Assembly (NCBI GenBank): GCA_963797095.1
Contig: CAWCNY010000003.1
Span: forward strand, 1,083,722-1,147,721
Length of the DNA: 64,000 bases
Source of the DNA: an uncultured Chloroflexia bacterium
GTDB taxonomy: Bacteria; Chloroflexota; Chloroflexia; QHBQ01; JADMIH01
Direction of reading: 5' to 3'
Shown here in pieces: positions 19,342 through 29,489 of the stretch. Position 1 is the first letter of the stretch. Each line of letters opens with the position of its first letter. Below the pieces are notes generated by a model. That model was given only the letters and a program-made list of their open reading frames with translations, had not been told where the DNA came from and did no database searches. Both the position numbers and the translations under genes were made by a program.

Positions 19342-21828
19342 ATGAGCAGCGAGATGCTCCTTGCAGAGGTTGCACGCCTGGACTTTGCCTCTCGCCCCGG
19401 CAAGAACTCCACCAGGCTGAGCGGGCTTCCGCTCGCCGCCGGGCGCCTCTTGTGGCTGGTGCTCGTGCTTGGAGCGACGGCCCTCTTCACGCTCGGCATG
19501 CCCGCCCGAGCCGACGAGTTGAGGCAGCAATACGCCGGCAGCTTCCCCGCCGACCTGAGCGTTGAACACAACGGGGTGGTGCATCTTTCAATGTGGCAAT
19601 ACAACCACCAATTCTTCGCGGATTGGGGAGCCGAGCAACTGGTGCACCTTGGCGTGCTGGAGGGAGACGCGCTGGTGGCTGTAGACGGAGTTCCGGTGAG
19701 ATTCGCTCCGGGCCAGGCGTTGCCGGACGGCTGGCTTGCGGGGCCTATCGGCAGCCTGGTAGCCATAACCGTCCGCACGGGCGACGGTCCGGCCCGCACC
19801 TACTCTCTGCTGAGGGGCGGGCCGGGAGCCGATTCGCTGGCCGCGCTCGGCATTACCGGCGACTTTGTCTACAACTTCGCTATGGCCACAGAAATACTCT
19901 TTGCGGCGGTCTTCATTGCCATCGGAGCTGTTATCTTCTGGCGCAGGTCGGACGACTGGCTGGCCCTCCTCGCTTCGGCAAGCTCCATAATGCTTTTTGT
20001 AGGCGCATCGTCGCCCGTCATCTCGATAACACGGGCCACCCCCTCCGCTGGCGACCGCCTTGACGAGTGGTTTCTGCTTGCCATAGTGTCACTGCTGACG
20101 TTTCTCTACCTCTTTCCGGGCGGGCGCTTCTTCCAGCGCTGGACTGCAGGAGCGGCGGCCTTGCTGGCCTTGTGGGTGATTATCGCGCCCCTCGTCCCCG
20201 ATCTCTACCCCTGGCACCTCGACCCGCTGCCTGATCTCGCCTTGATATTTATCACTATAGGAAGCGGTGTACTCGCCCAGGTGTTGCGCTACCGCACTCT
20301 TCAGGACACCAGGGCACGCCTACAGACAAAGTGGGTGCTCTTCGGGGTGGGGGCAGCCACAGCAGGCCTGGTTGCCAAGTACTGGCTCCAAGTGGTCGAT
20401 TGGCCTCCACCCACCGTGCTGGTGGTCACAATGTACAACCTGATCTTTTACCCACCGGCGCTCCTGTTGCAGATGCTCCTTCCGCTAGGCATGCTCTTCG
20501 CCATCGTGCGGTACAGGCTGTTCGACATCGACACGATTATCAACCGCACTCTTGTCTATGGCTCCCTGACAGCGGTGGTCTTCGGTCTTTACGTGTTGAT
20601 TGTCACTCTGCTGGGTGCGCTCTTCCAGACGAGTACGAACCTCGTGCTTTCACTGCCGGCCACCGCCGTGGCGGCTGTGATCTTCCAGCCGCTGCGCGAG
20701 CGACTGCAACGCGCTGTCAATCGCCTGATGTACGGCGAGCGCGACGAGCCTTACAGCGTGATCTCACGCCTGGGCACCAGATTGGAAGGAGCTTTCGAGC
20801 CTTCGGCTGTCTTGCCGGCCATCGTTGAAACAGTAGCGCAGGCGCTCAAGCTCCCCTATGTGGCAATCACTTTGCGAGAGGGCGAGCAGGTCAAGGTTGG
20901 TGCCCAGTACGGCACCGGCAGCGGAGACTTACTGAGGCTGCCCCTCACCTACGCCGGAGCGAACATCGGCGAGATGCTTCTCGCCCCGCGCTCGCCTGGT
21001 GAGGAATTCACCCCCGGCGACAGAAAACTCCTGCAACAGCTTGCGCAGCAGGCGGGGGCGGCGGCAAACGCCGTATTGCTGCACGATGACCTGGAGCGCT
21101 CACGGCGGCGCATAGTGGAGGCACGCGAAGAGGCGCGGCGCAAGCTGGGAAGCGACCTCCACGACGGGGTGGGACACAGGCTGGCGGGCCTCCTGAGAAG
21201 GCAGGAGCTTGCGGCCTCTTTGCTGCAGCGCGACCCCGCCGCCGCGGAAGCCACCCTGCGAGAGGTAGCATCGCAGACGCGCTCGGCCATAGACAACGTG
21301 CGGCAGCTAGCCCACAAGTTGCACCCGCCCGAGCTGGAGTTGCTGGGTCTGGCGGGTGCATTGCGAGAGCGGGTGCAGCAGCTAGGCTACGAAGGCGCAG
21401 AGGCCCTTCGGATCACAGTTGACGCGCCACAGGTCCTCCCGCCCTTGCCTGTGGCGGTGGAGGTGGCCGCCTACTATATCGCCCAGGAGGCGCTTACCAA
21501 CGTTACCAGGCATGCAGGAGCCACTCATGTGTCAGTTAGATTGCATGCCGAAGCGTGGTCAGGGCAAGACGCGGCGAGCAGCGGCGCAGCTACCGGCGAG
21601 CAGCCGGCCACCCGCGCTCTCCAACTTGAGGTCGTTGATGACGGCAAAGGTTTGCCTGCTGAGCAAACGGACGGTCAGGGCAAGCCTGGCCTGGGGCTGG
21701 CTTCCATGAGGGAGCGAGCAGCCGAGTTGGGGGGCAAAGTTACGATAGAGCCTCGGCCCGGTGGAGGCACTATCGTGTTTGCATGGCTCCCTTGCCCCGT
21801 GTGCCCACCTGACGAACCAAAAGAGTGA
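19342..21828 (+). CDS. Membrane sensor histidine kinase (PDZ-like input, multi-TM, GAF, HisKA_3, HATPase)
   Basis: GDALVAVDG PDZ-like segment, RYRLFDID, DLHDGVG, QEALTNVTRHA, DDGKG, GLGLASMRERA. Confidence 0.9.
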   Translation: MSSEMLLAEVARLDFASRPGKNSTRLSGLPLAAGRLLWLVLVLGATALFTLGMPARADELRQQYAGSFPADLSVEHNGVVHLSMWQYNHQFFADWGAEQLVHLGVLEGDALVAVDGVPVRFAPGQALPDGWLAGPIGSLVAITVRTGDGPARTYSLLRGGPGADSLAALGITGDFVYNFAMATEILFAAVFIAIGAVIFWRRSDDWLALLASASSIMLFVGASSPVISITRATPSAGDRLDEWFLLAIVSLLTFLYLFPGGRFFQRWTAGAAALLALWVIIAPLVPDLYPWHLDPLPDLALIFITIGSGVLAQVLRYRTLQDTRARLQTKWVLFGVGAATAGLVAKYWLQVVDWPPPTVLVVTMYNLIFYPPALLLQMLLPLGMLFAIVRYRLFDIDTIINRTLVYGSLTAVVFGLYVLIVTLLGALFQTSTNLVLSLPATAVAAVIFQPLRERLQRAVNRLMYGERDEPYSVISRLGTRLEGAFEPSAVLPAIVETVAQALKLPYVAITLREGEQVKVGAQYGTGSGDLLRLPLTYAGANIGEMLLAPRSPGEEFTPGDRKLLQQLAQQAGAAANAVLLHDDLERSRRRIVEAREEARRKLGSDLHDGVGHRLAGLLRRQELAASLLQRDPAAAEATLREVASQTRSAIDNVRQLAHKLHPPELELLGLAGALRERVQQLGYEGAEALRITVDAPQVLPPLPVAVEVAAYYIAQEALTNVTRHAGATHVSVRLHAEAWSGQDAASSGAATGEQPATRALQLEVVDDGKGLPAEQTDGQGKPGLGLASMRERAAELGGKVTIEPRPGGGTIVFAWLPCPVCPPDEPKE

Positions 21829-21867
21829 AGCAAAGAAGGATAGAGGGATAGAGGGATAGAGGGATCG

Positions 21868-22524
21868 ATGGAAGCAATTCGAATCGTCATCGCTGACGAC
21901 CAGATGATCACCCGCAGCGGGTTGCGCAATTTGCTCACCGAGCAGGCTGACCTTGAGATTGTGGGCGAGGCTCAGAACGGGGTCGAGGCAGTCGAGATGG
22001 CCGCGACGCTACAGCCTGACGTGGTGCTCATGGACCTGCGTATGCCACTGCTCAACGGCGTGGAAGCTACCCGCCAAATTCACAGGACCAGCCCTCATAT
22101 TGGCATCCTGGTGGTCACCATATTCGAGGATGATGCCTCGGTCTTCCCGGCTATAAGAGCCGGAGCGCGTGGATACCTGCTGAAGGATGCCGACGAGGAG
22201 GAGTTGATCAGAGCCATCCGCACGGTGGCTGATGGAGGGGTGATCTTCAGCGCAGGTATAGCCGGACGTGTGTTGCACTACCTGTCAGGTCCGCCCCCGA
22301 ATGTACCAACGCAAGCCTTCGACGAACTGACCAACCGCGAGCGAGCCGTACTTGAACAAGTCGCACATGGTCTCTCCAACGCCGAAATCGCGGAGAAACT
22401 GGCGCTCAGCCCAAAGACGGTCGCCAACAACATATCGAACGTGCTCGCAAAACTACAGGCGGCAGATCGCGCCAGGCTGATGTTGATGGCTCTAGAAGCT
22501 GGATTGGGTAACGAGGTTGAGTAG
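21868..22524 (+). CDS. NarL/LuxR-family response regulator
   Basis: IADD, LMDLRMP, GARGYLLK, LTNRE...GLSNAEIA HTH. Confidence 0.95.
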   Translation: MEAIRIVIADDQMITRSGLRNLLTEQADLEIVGEAQNGVEAVEMAATLQPDVVLMDLRMPLLNGVEATRQIHRTSPHIGILVVTIFEDDASVFPAIRAGARGYLLKDADEEELIRAIRTVADGGVIFSAGIAGRVLHYLSGPPPNVPTQAFDELTNRERAVLEQVAHGLSNAEIAEKLALSPKTVANNISNVLAKLQAADRARLMLMALEAGLGNEVE

Positions 22525-22701
22525 AAATGACTCTATCGGGACAGCAGAAGTATCTCACACTTTGACACGTTGGTATATGCCCGCAGTCGAACTCTTATGT
22601 TTCGCAGACTGAAGCCTCTTGGCAGCACCATTCTTAGCGTACAATTCCGTTCGGTTGGATACTCGGAGGCCAACTTCTAAACATTGTGGAGTTCGCGCGG
22701 C

Positions 22702-23037
22702 TTACCCGGAGTAAACATTGAGGGCGAATCTTTCCACATGAACTGCTAACTGCGACACGGCAGGCTGGCTGTAGAGGCGCGTTGTGTCCAGGGAGCTGTG
22801 CCCGAGCAGGGTTGCCAACCCAATAACATCTCCTGGATATTGGGATAGGTAGCTTCGTGCGAATGTATGGCGTAAGGAGTGGACGCTCGTCTCTTGTGGC
22901 ACCAGTTTGCCGGCTGCTTTGACAAGTTCGCCCATCATCTGACCGATGGCCGAACTTGTGAGCGATCCACCTTTACGGCTCAGCCAGAGCGGCTCAAGAG
23001 CCTGCGGAGTTCCTGGCTTGGGCCACTTTGCAGCCAC
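22702..23037 (-). pseudogene. C-terminal fragment of a tyrosine recombinase
   Basis: HSLRHTFA, LLGHSSLDTTRLY; N-terminal portion missing. Confidence 0.85.
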
Positions 23038-23039
23038 CG

Positions 23040-23624
23040 TCTACCAGGCGTGGCAAGCAGACGAGCACCACTCTCCTCGCCACGTGCGCGACGCCGCGCT
23101 TATAGCTGTGCTCTACGGCTCGCGTCTGCGCCGGGCGGAGGCGGCGGCGCTGAACGGCTGAACGTTAGTGACTACGATCCCAAAACCGGCAGCCTTCGGA
23201 TCAGGGCCGGCAAGGGCAACAAGTCAAGGATGGCTTACAACTCAGCAAGTGAGCGAGACCACAGTGATGCATGGCTGCGCGCCAGGTCTGCCGGCGCCCC
23301 CGGCGCGGAGCTGGCCGGTGCATTATTCTGCCTCGTCCTCCGCGGCGGCCACGTTCGGATCCGCCATTTGGACCGCGCACCATCCTCGAGGCCCTGCAGC
23401 GACGGGCCCGCGAAGCGGGTGTGTCGCACCTCACGCCTCACGACCTGCGCCGCTCCATGATCGGCGACCTGCTCGATGCGGGAGCGGATCTGGCCACCGT
23501 ACAGCGGTTGGCCGGGCACTCCGGCCCCGGCACCACCTCCCGGTACGACCGGCGAGGCGAGGCGACCAGGGCGCGGGCAGCCGAGCTGCTGCACGTCCCC
23601 GGGCCGCCGCCTGGTTGGGGATAG
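23040..23624 (+). pseudogene. Frameshifted catalytic-domain fragment of a second tyrosine recombinase
   Basis: RDAALIAVLYG..LRRAE, GKGNKSR and PHDLRR...LAGH...TTSRYDRR spread over different frames. Confidence 0.85.
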
Positions 23625-23882
23625 AACACACGCTTAGCGGAATAGCAGCCGATCCCGGCTATGCGCTGCCGGGATAGCCCCCAGAATGGCCTCGATCTGC
23701 TTGCGCTTCAGCCCATGAACCGATGAAGGATTCGGGTTGCACTCGATCTATGCGATCCATCAGGACTTCGCGCAACGGAGAGGTCAGAAGGCATCTAGAA
23801 CTGGACAGTATCCAGAGCTGATCGTGAATATCAGCCTCCGCTCGTCTAGCAACCGTGCCTGCCGCAATTCGACGAAGCAGCA

Positions 23883-24086
23883 TTGCAGTTACGCGCTGCC
23901 TGCCAGGTGCTCTGCGCCCGACCTCATCAGGGGATCGGTCCAGCTATCCCACATGGGGCACGATCACCAGTGCAGACAGTGCAGCAAGATCCACTGGACG
24001 CTGATAGGACAGATGGAGTTGAGGCAAAGGTAATCAGCTTGCCAGTCCTAGGCGGCCTGCACCACGATTACCGAAGGGCGGCATGA
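23883..24086 (+). pseudogene. C-terminal remnant of an integrase-core (rve) transposase
   Basis: RPHQGI...PVLGGLHHDYRRAA tail typical of such proteins. Confidence 0.65.
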
Positions 24087-24148
24087 GCGCGAACGCGATA
24101 AGTAGCCGGGACGCCGATGAGGTCGGATGCTCCTACGCCCATACGCCC

Positions 24149-24460
24149 TTACTCTTCAGTCTCCTCGCCCTCGGCAGGCGTGGGCCATTGCTGTCGCCCA
24201 TGCAGGACGTGGAGGATGTCAATGCGATTGCCGCTCTCCTCGAAGATCAGTACGAACGGCGTGCCGGTGACGATAAACTCGCGCGTTCCTTCTACTCGTC
24301 CAGGCCTGCCGCCTAGTCCTGGCATCTCGCGCAGCCTTGCCACGACGCGGCTGATGCGTTCCCTCTGCCTTTGTGCCGCGCTGGGGTTGTGCTCGCGGTT
24401 ATAGGCGATCTGCCCGGCGATTTCCGCCTTAGCCATATTACTGATGACTACGCGGCGCAT
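24149..24460 (-). CDS. Type II toxin, RelE/ParE family
   Basis: YNREHNPSAA, PGLGGRPGRVEGTRE, IDILHVLHGRQQWP; start abuts the antitoxin stop. Confidence 0.88.
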   Translation of the reverse strand: MRRVVISNMAKAEIAGQIAYNREHNPSAAQRQRERISRVVARLREMPGLGGRPGRVEGTREFIVTGTPFVLIFEESGNRIDILHVLHGRQQWPTPAEGEETEE

Positions 24461-24714
24461 CAGTGCGCCGTACCGCCGTCAACGATGGCGTCAAGCTCCT
24501 TCTCGAAGTCCTCCCATTCGGTGTAGCTTCCTCCCCGAATGTCGTCGCGGCCTTGCTCTACCGCCTGAATGAAAGCAAGCTCGCTGTCGATGTAGGCGGT
24601 AATCGCTTCGTGAAATAGCCGTGCCTTAGTGCGTCCGGTGGCTTGCGCCAGCAGATCGAGGCGCTGGGCGGTCGTTTCGTCTACCCGTGTGTTAAGTTGC
24701 ACGCTGCGGTTCAT
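24460..24714 (-). CDS. RHH (CopG-like) antitoxin
   Basis: MNRSVQLNTRVD..RLDLLAQATGRTKA..AITAYID; acidic C-terminus; GGAGAGG RBS before ATG 24714. Confidence 0.85.
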   Translation of the reverse strand: MNRSVQLNTRVDETTAQRLDLLAQATGRTKARLFHEAITAYIDSELAFIQAVEQGRDDIRGGSYTEWEDFEKELDAIVDGGTAH

Positions 24715-24780
24715 AGCCTCTCCAAGTCTTCCTAGGTCTTCCCAAGTCTTCCTAGCGAAAAGCGAAATACGACAGCCATA

Positions 24781-24798
24781 TGATAGCAAATGCTATCA
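24781..24798. promoter_or_regulatory. Palindromic operator upstream of the TA operon
   Basis: TGATAGCA-AA-TGCTATCA; 10-bp tandem repeats also present at 24721-24755. Confidence 0.55.
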
Positions 24799-25129
24799 AA
24801 TAACACAAATCGAGAGGTGCAGCGTGCAAAACTCCGTGCGATGACTACATCTGCATACGTCACCAGCACGTCATCCGCACCTAGAAGCGCCTGTTGAAAG
24901 CTGCAGACGACGCATGTAGACAGGACAGCAGCCGAGTAAGGATCCGTTGTTGCTTCAGAACCCGTTGGCGAAACGCCTGTGGACTCTCCATCCACTTTGG
25001 CCTCCTCCCTCTGCTTTGAGAGAGCTTGGAAGGATCTTATTGCCTTTGGTGGTTGGACCCTGACTTTGACACAGCCCTGCCGGCCTACCCCATGTGTGGT
25101 CAAGCACCCACCCTGCCTGTTTTGGCCCG

Positions 25130-25942
25130 CTAAGAGCGTGGGGACAACCTCCACAATGCAAAACCTACGAAACTGAGCGCTTCAACGCCGACAGCGCCTA
25201 TTACCAGCCAGCGGCCACTTTCCGGCAGGCTTGACGACCAGATCGCTACGATTGGTATCTCCAGCACTAACACGCCCAGTATGATGAGCACAAGTCGTGC
25301 GCCCCTAGAAACCTGTACAATCGGATCCTGCTCAAACTGCTCTGCCGGCTCGACATCATCTTCGATCTGGGCGTCGGCAACTCCCGGATATACGACCTCG
25401 GCTGATAGGACGTTTGGCACCGGCCCCGCCAGGTAGTACACCCGATACTCGGTGCCAGATTGAAACGAAGCCAATTGCGCCGCCATGGAGAGTCGCAGCC
25501 GGGTTGAGCCGATTTTCACGCGCCAGTTATTCTCTATATTCGAGGCGACCTCTGCTCTGCCTTTCGCAACGCTGATCTGTTTTGTGCTCAACGCCACTAC
25601 GTACCTGCGGCTTACCGCGACCCCGATGATGATCACGACGACCACAGCCACCGCTGCTATGCCAAGGGTGAGCAGTATACCATTATCCTGCGAGCTCGCA
25701 CCGGTAGGCGTCACCGGATCGCCCGGATTACCCGGAGACTGAAATATTGAGAAGGCGATTATGCCCGCCGTGCCCACCATCACAAGGACGAAGATAAACA
25801 TAGCCAGGCGGCTGGTCGACCTCGCAGTGGACAGCAGGGTTTGCTGGCGCTTCGAAAGGCGACCGGCCCGATTGGCTCGCAGATCGGTTGGCTGGAACAT
25901 GAAGACAGATTGCAATCGTTCGTTGAGTGGGTCCATTTGCAT
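25130..25942 (-). CDS. Hypothetical membrane protein
   Basis: DLRANRAGRLSKRQ N-terminus, four hydrophobic helices; GAGG RBS. Confidence 0.72.
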   Translation of the reverse strand: MQMDPLNERLQSVFMFQPTDLRANRAGRLSKRQQTLLSTARSTSRLAMFIFVLVMVGTAGIIAFSIFQSPGNPGDPVTPTGASSQDNGILLTLGIAAVAVVVVIIIGVAVSRRYVVALSTKQISVAKGRAEVASNIENNWRVKIGSTRLRLSMAAQLASFQSGTEYRVYYLAGPVPNVLSAEVVYPGVADAQIEDDVEPAEQFEQDPIVQVSRGARLVLIILGVLVLEIPIVAIWSSSLPESGRWLVIGAVGVEALSFVGFALWRLSPRS

Positions 25943-25955
25943 TTACCTCACTACC

Positions 25956-26699
25956 TCATTTGACAAACAAAGCGAATAAGATCACGGCGGGCACACCGAG
26001 CGGAAGAACTGTGCCTGCGAGGAGAATGAAGAAGTCCAGCAGCATAGTAAGGACACGGTTAGTCCTTGTGCCGCCCCGCGCAACCCAGCTGCCTGAATCC
26101 CAGTAGTCAAAGGATTCTCTTATCCGAACGCCAAGCCTCGACCCGAGCCGCTGCGCCAGGCGCGGCCTCAATGAGTGGAAGAAGAAATCGAGCCAGCCGA
26201 TATAGACTGACATGACAGCGATGGCCAGGGTGCCGGCAAGCAGATCGCCCCCTGTCAGCGGCAACTGTGCACCGAGCAGTTGCAAGATACCCACCACACC
26301 TACAAAGGGGATAGCGAATATGGCGAAGGCGATCAAGCCTGCTGCCCCCGGCAAGCCCATGAAGCCCTCTGACCTATCCTGTCTTTTCGCACCCGACTGC
26401 CATCGCACTCCGGGCACCGAGGTGTGCCAATCGCCGCCGCGCAAAAACCCGGTCAGCATCGCTGCCGTGGTGGCAATATCCAGAGAGCGCCTATCGCTGA
26501 CGAGGTTTGCGCCCTGGGCATCGTCGTAAGCGTTCAGCGCGAAGCCTTTGGAGGGATTGCCTGTCGCCTGGACGAAATCCGCAGGGGGACAGTGCAAGGT
26601 GAGGACGTCGTCGGGGCCGGCTAATTGCTCAAGCGCCTGCATGATCGCGTGTTCGTCTGGATGATCGGATACTAGAGAGCCGTTCAGTTCCAACCGCAT
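25956..26699 (-). CDS. Hypothetical membrane protein
   Basis: GGAGG RBS; soluble N-terminal domain plus three TM helices; 13 bp from the next gene. Confidence 0.72.
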   Translation of the reverse strand: MRLELNGSLVSDHPDEHAIMQALEQLAGPDDVLTLHCPPADFVQATGNPSKGFALNAYDDAQGANLVSDRRSLDIATTAAMLTGFLRGGDWHTSVPGVRWQSGAKRQDRSEGFMGLPGAAGLIAFAIFAIPFVGVVGILQLLGAQLPLTGGDLLAGTLAIAVMSVYIGWLDFFFHSLRPRLAQRLGSRLGVRIRESFDYWDSGSWVARGGTRTNRVLTMLLDFFILLAGTVLPLGVPAVILFALFVK

Positions 26700-26763
26700 A
26701 CTGCCACCTCCACTCTCGAATAGATAATCTTACCTGACCATAACTGTTATGGAGGAGAATGGC

Positions 26764-26782
26764 ATGAGCCATTTGACCTATT
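26764..26782 (-). promoter_or_regulatory. Candidate LuxR-type activator site (copy 1)
   Basis: ATGAGCCATTTGACCTATT; related to 33516 and 34561 motifs with the same spacing to a -10-like hexamer. Confidence 0.55.
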
Positions 26783-26791
26783 CCAGCTCAG

Positions 26792-29440
26792 CTAGACCAG
26801 TCTGTGCTCGATGGCGTAGCGGGTAGCGGCTGATCGGGTGGTGACGTTGAGCTTGTTGAAGATGGAGTAGAGGTGGTTCTTGACGGTGCGAGGGCTGACC
26901 ACTATCCGCTCGGCTATCTCTTTGTTGGTGCGACCCGTGGCTACCAGGCGCAATACCTCGACCTCACGGCCGGTGAGTTCACCGATAGGGTGCTCGATAG
27001 GCTCAGAAATGATGTCGATGGGGAGTTCAGCCGGTGTGGGCGAAGGTGGCGGTACAGGCTCTTCCAGGGCATATGCTATGCTCTGGACCTGGGTCATGGC
27101 CTGCCCTTGTGCCCATGCTTCCGCAAAAGCAGCTTCGCCCAATCGCTCACGCGCTATCGCCTGCGTGCGCTCATGGAGGGCACGTTCGGCTGGAGTCCAT
27201 TTCAGGTGTTTCGCACTTATCAGTGCGTTGGCGGCGCTATTCAAGAGCACAGCGCGCTTTGTTTGTCCACCTGCGACGGCAATAGCTGCCAGGCCCACCA
27301 ACGACTGAGAAATACGCAATGGGTTGCCAAGCTCCTGTGAAGCGATCATGCCTTCTCTGTAGTGTGGTATCGCCCCAGCATGTTTGCCCTGTAATACGGT
27401 CGCCAGACCCAAGTAGATGTGTAGCAGAGCGATATGCCTTCTTGTGCCCAGCGCCTCGGCATGTGCCAGGTTTTCCGTGAATATAGCTACACTCCGGTCA
27501 TACACTCCACGGTGCAGGAGTGCCAGGCCCAGGTTGACGGACGCGGTAACCACCCCGAATGCGCTACCAAGAACGCGGTAAACGGCCACACTCTCTTCGC
27601 CGCGTAAAATGGCGCGTTCGTAATCGTGCTCAAACAAAGCCAGGAAGCTCAAATTGGTCAATACGACGCCGGCGTCATAATCATCACCTAGCTCGCGCCA
27701 GAGGGCAAGGCTTTGCTCAAATAGGGAAGCTGCCTGGGCGTAATCGTCCTGTTCTGCGGCAAATACCGCCAGCGTGATGAGCCCGCCGGCAATACCCTGC
27801 TTATCGTCGAGTATTCTGTGCAGTCTGAGGCTCTCTTCGGTGAATGCTTTCGCCTGGACCATATCATTTTGAGCCTGGGCAAGGATAGCCGCGCTTCGGA
27901 AAGCATCTGCTCGAAGGGCAACAGATACGTTTTCACTCTCCGTGAGGGCAAGGGCCTCCTCGAACCATCGCCGCCCTTCAACCAGGTGCCCCCGCGCATC
28001 CCAGAATAATCGCAGCGCAGACACCAGCCTCAAGGCAACCTCCGATTCCCCCCGGTCCAATGACCAGCGCAATGCTGCCCGCAGGTTGTCCTGCTCTATA
28101 TCAAGGCGGGCGATCACTTCGTCATGCCTACTGGTTGCACTCACTTGTTTGAGGGACTCGGCCAGATGCAGATAGAAGATGGCATGAGCCTGTTGCGCTA
28201 CCAGTAGACTGCCACTATCTGTCAGCTTCTCAAGGGCGTATTCTCTCAGGGTCTCCAGCATTGAGAAACGTGGTTCACCATCAGTCTGTGCCTGCGATTT
28301 CAACAGGCTCTTGGATACGAGCGAGGTAAGCAGATCCAGCACACTGATGCCGGGTTGCGGCCTGCCCTGCTCGAATATCGCCGTCGCAATAGCCTCTGTC
28401 CCCTCCAGTCTGCAACCGCCCGCAAACACCGACAACGCAGCGAACAGGGTTCGCTCCCCGGCCTCCAGCAGGTCGTAACTCCAATCTATGGCGGCGCGCA
28501 GGGTGCGCTGGCGGGCGGGGAGATTGTGAGCGCCTTCGGTGAGAAGGGCGAGTCGTTTATCGAGCCGCGCAAATAGAGCTTGAGGCGAGAGGATGCGTAT
28601 GCGGACGGCGGCTAATTCCAAAGCGAGAGGCAGACCATCCAGCTTGTCGCAGATGGCGATGATGGCGAGGGCGTTGGCGTCTGTGAGGGCGAACCTGGGC
28701 TGGACTTCACGGGCGCGGGCCACGAACAACTGGACGGCATCATAACTGAGTGCTAAGTGGCGAATGGCGAGTGGAGAATGTGAGCTACTCGGCCCTCGGT
28801 AATCGGTACCAGGTACTTCCATGGGTGGCACAAGATATTCGTGCTCGCCGTACTGGTGAAGGGAAGTGCGGCTGGTGAATAGTATCCGCAGTCCCGGCGC
28901 GTGGGGGAGCAACGCTGTTACCTGGGCGGCAGCAGCCACAACCTGCTCGAAGTTGTCCAGGATCAGAAGTATGTCCCGGTAGGCAAGATATTGCCTCATC
29001 TTGTCAATGAGCGGCGCACTGCCACGCTCGACAATACCCAGAGTTTGCGCGATGGTGGGCAGTACCAGGGCGGGGTCGGCGATGGGAGCAAGAGAGACGA
29101 AGAAGATCCCGTCTTCGAATTGGGGCAGAAGTTCTTCGGCGGCACGCAAGGCGAGGCGAGTCTTGCCGACGCCACCTGGGCCCATGAGGGTGAGCAAGCG
29201 CACGTCCTCATCGCGTATGAGGGCGACTAAATGGGCAATCTCTCTGTCGCGCCCGATAAAGCGGGCGGGAAACGTAGGCAGATTGTCAGGAGGCAGGGCG
29301 CGCCCCGACACACCCTCAGGTGCATCGTGTGGGAGCTGAGGAAACTGAATGAGACCTTGTTCTTGACCTGGGCCAGACACGGATGCGTGTGATGCTAATA
29401 AAGCGCTTGCTGCAAGGAACCGGGTGCAGCCATAGGCCAT
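26792..29440 (-). CDS. STAND-type ATPase / TPR / LuxR-HTH transcriptional regulator
   Basis: GPGGVGKTRL, LILDNFE, LDGLPLALELAA, TPR repeats, LTGREVEVL...TNKEIA; track start 29551 lies inside an ISL3 remnant so the true start is uncertain. Confidence 0.9.
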   Translation of the reverse strand: MAYGCTRFLAASALLASHASVSGPGQEQGLIQFPQLPHDAPEGVSGRALPPDNLPTFPARFIGRDREIAHLVALIRDEDVRLLTLMGPGGVGKTRLALRAAEELLPQFEDGIFFVSLAPIADPALVLPTIAQTLGIVERGSAPLIDKMRQYLAYRDILLILDNFEQVVAAAAQVTALLPHAPGLRILFTSRTSLHQYGEHEYLVPPMEVPGTDYRGPSSSHSPLAIRHLALSYDAVQLFVARAREVQPRFALTDANALAIIAICDKLDGLPLALELAAVRIRILSPQALFARLDKRLALLTEGAHNLPARQRTLRAAIDWSYDLLEAGERTLFAALSVFAGGCRLEGTEAIATAIFEQGRPQPGISVLDLLTSLVSKSLLKSQAQTDGEPRFSMLETLREYALEKLTDSGSLLVAQQAHAIFYLHLAESLKQVSATSRHDEVIARLDIEQDNLRAALRWSLDRGESEVALRLVSALRLFWDARGHLVEGRRWFEEALALTESENVSVALRADAFRSAAILAQAQNDMVQAKAFTEESLRLHRILDDKQGIAGGLITLAVFAAEQDDYAQAASLFEQSLALWRELGDDYDAGVVLTNLSFLALFEHDYERAILRGEESVAVYRVLGSAFGVVTASVNLGLALLHRGVYDRSVAIFTENLAHAEALGTRRHIALLHIYLGLATVLQGKHAGAIPHYREGMIASQELGNPLRISQSLVGLAAIAVAGGQTKRAVLLNSAANALISAKHLKWTPAERALHERTQAIARERLGEAAFAEAWAQGQAMTQVQSIAYALEEPVPPPSPTPAELPIDIISEPIEHPIGELTGREVEVLRLVATGRTNKEIAERIVVSPRTVKNHLYSIFNKLNVTTRSAATRYAIEHRLV

Positions 29441-29489
29441 TATATCACTTGAGGAAAGGGCAAAGCCCGCGCCCTTTTCTCTTTCTGAG

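Noticed and set aside
24732-25154. Possible transposase tail
   Set aside because: No diagnostic motif or terminal repeat could be identified
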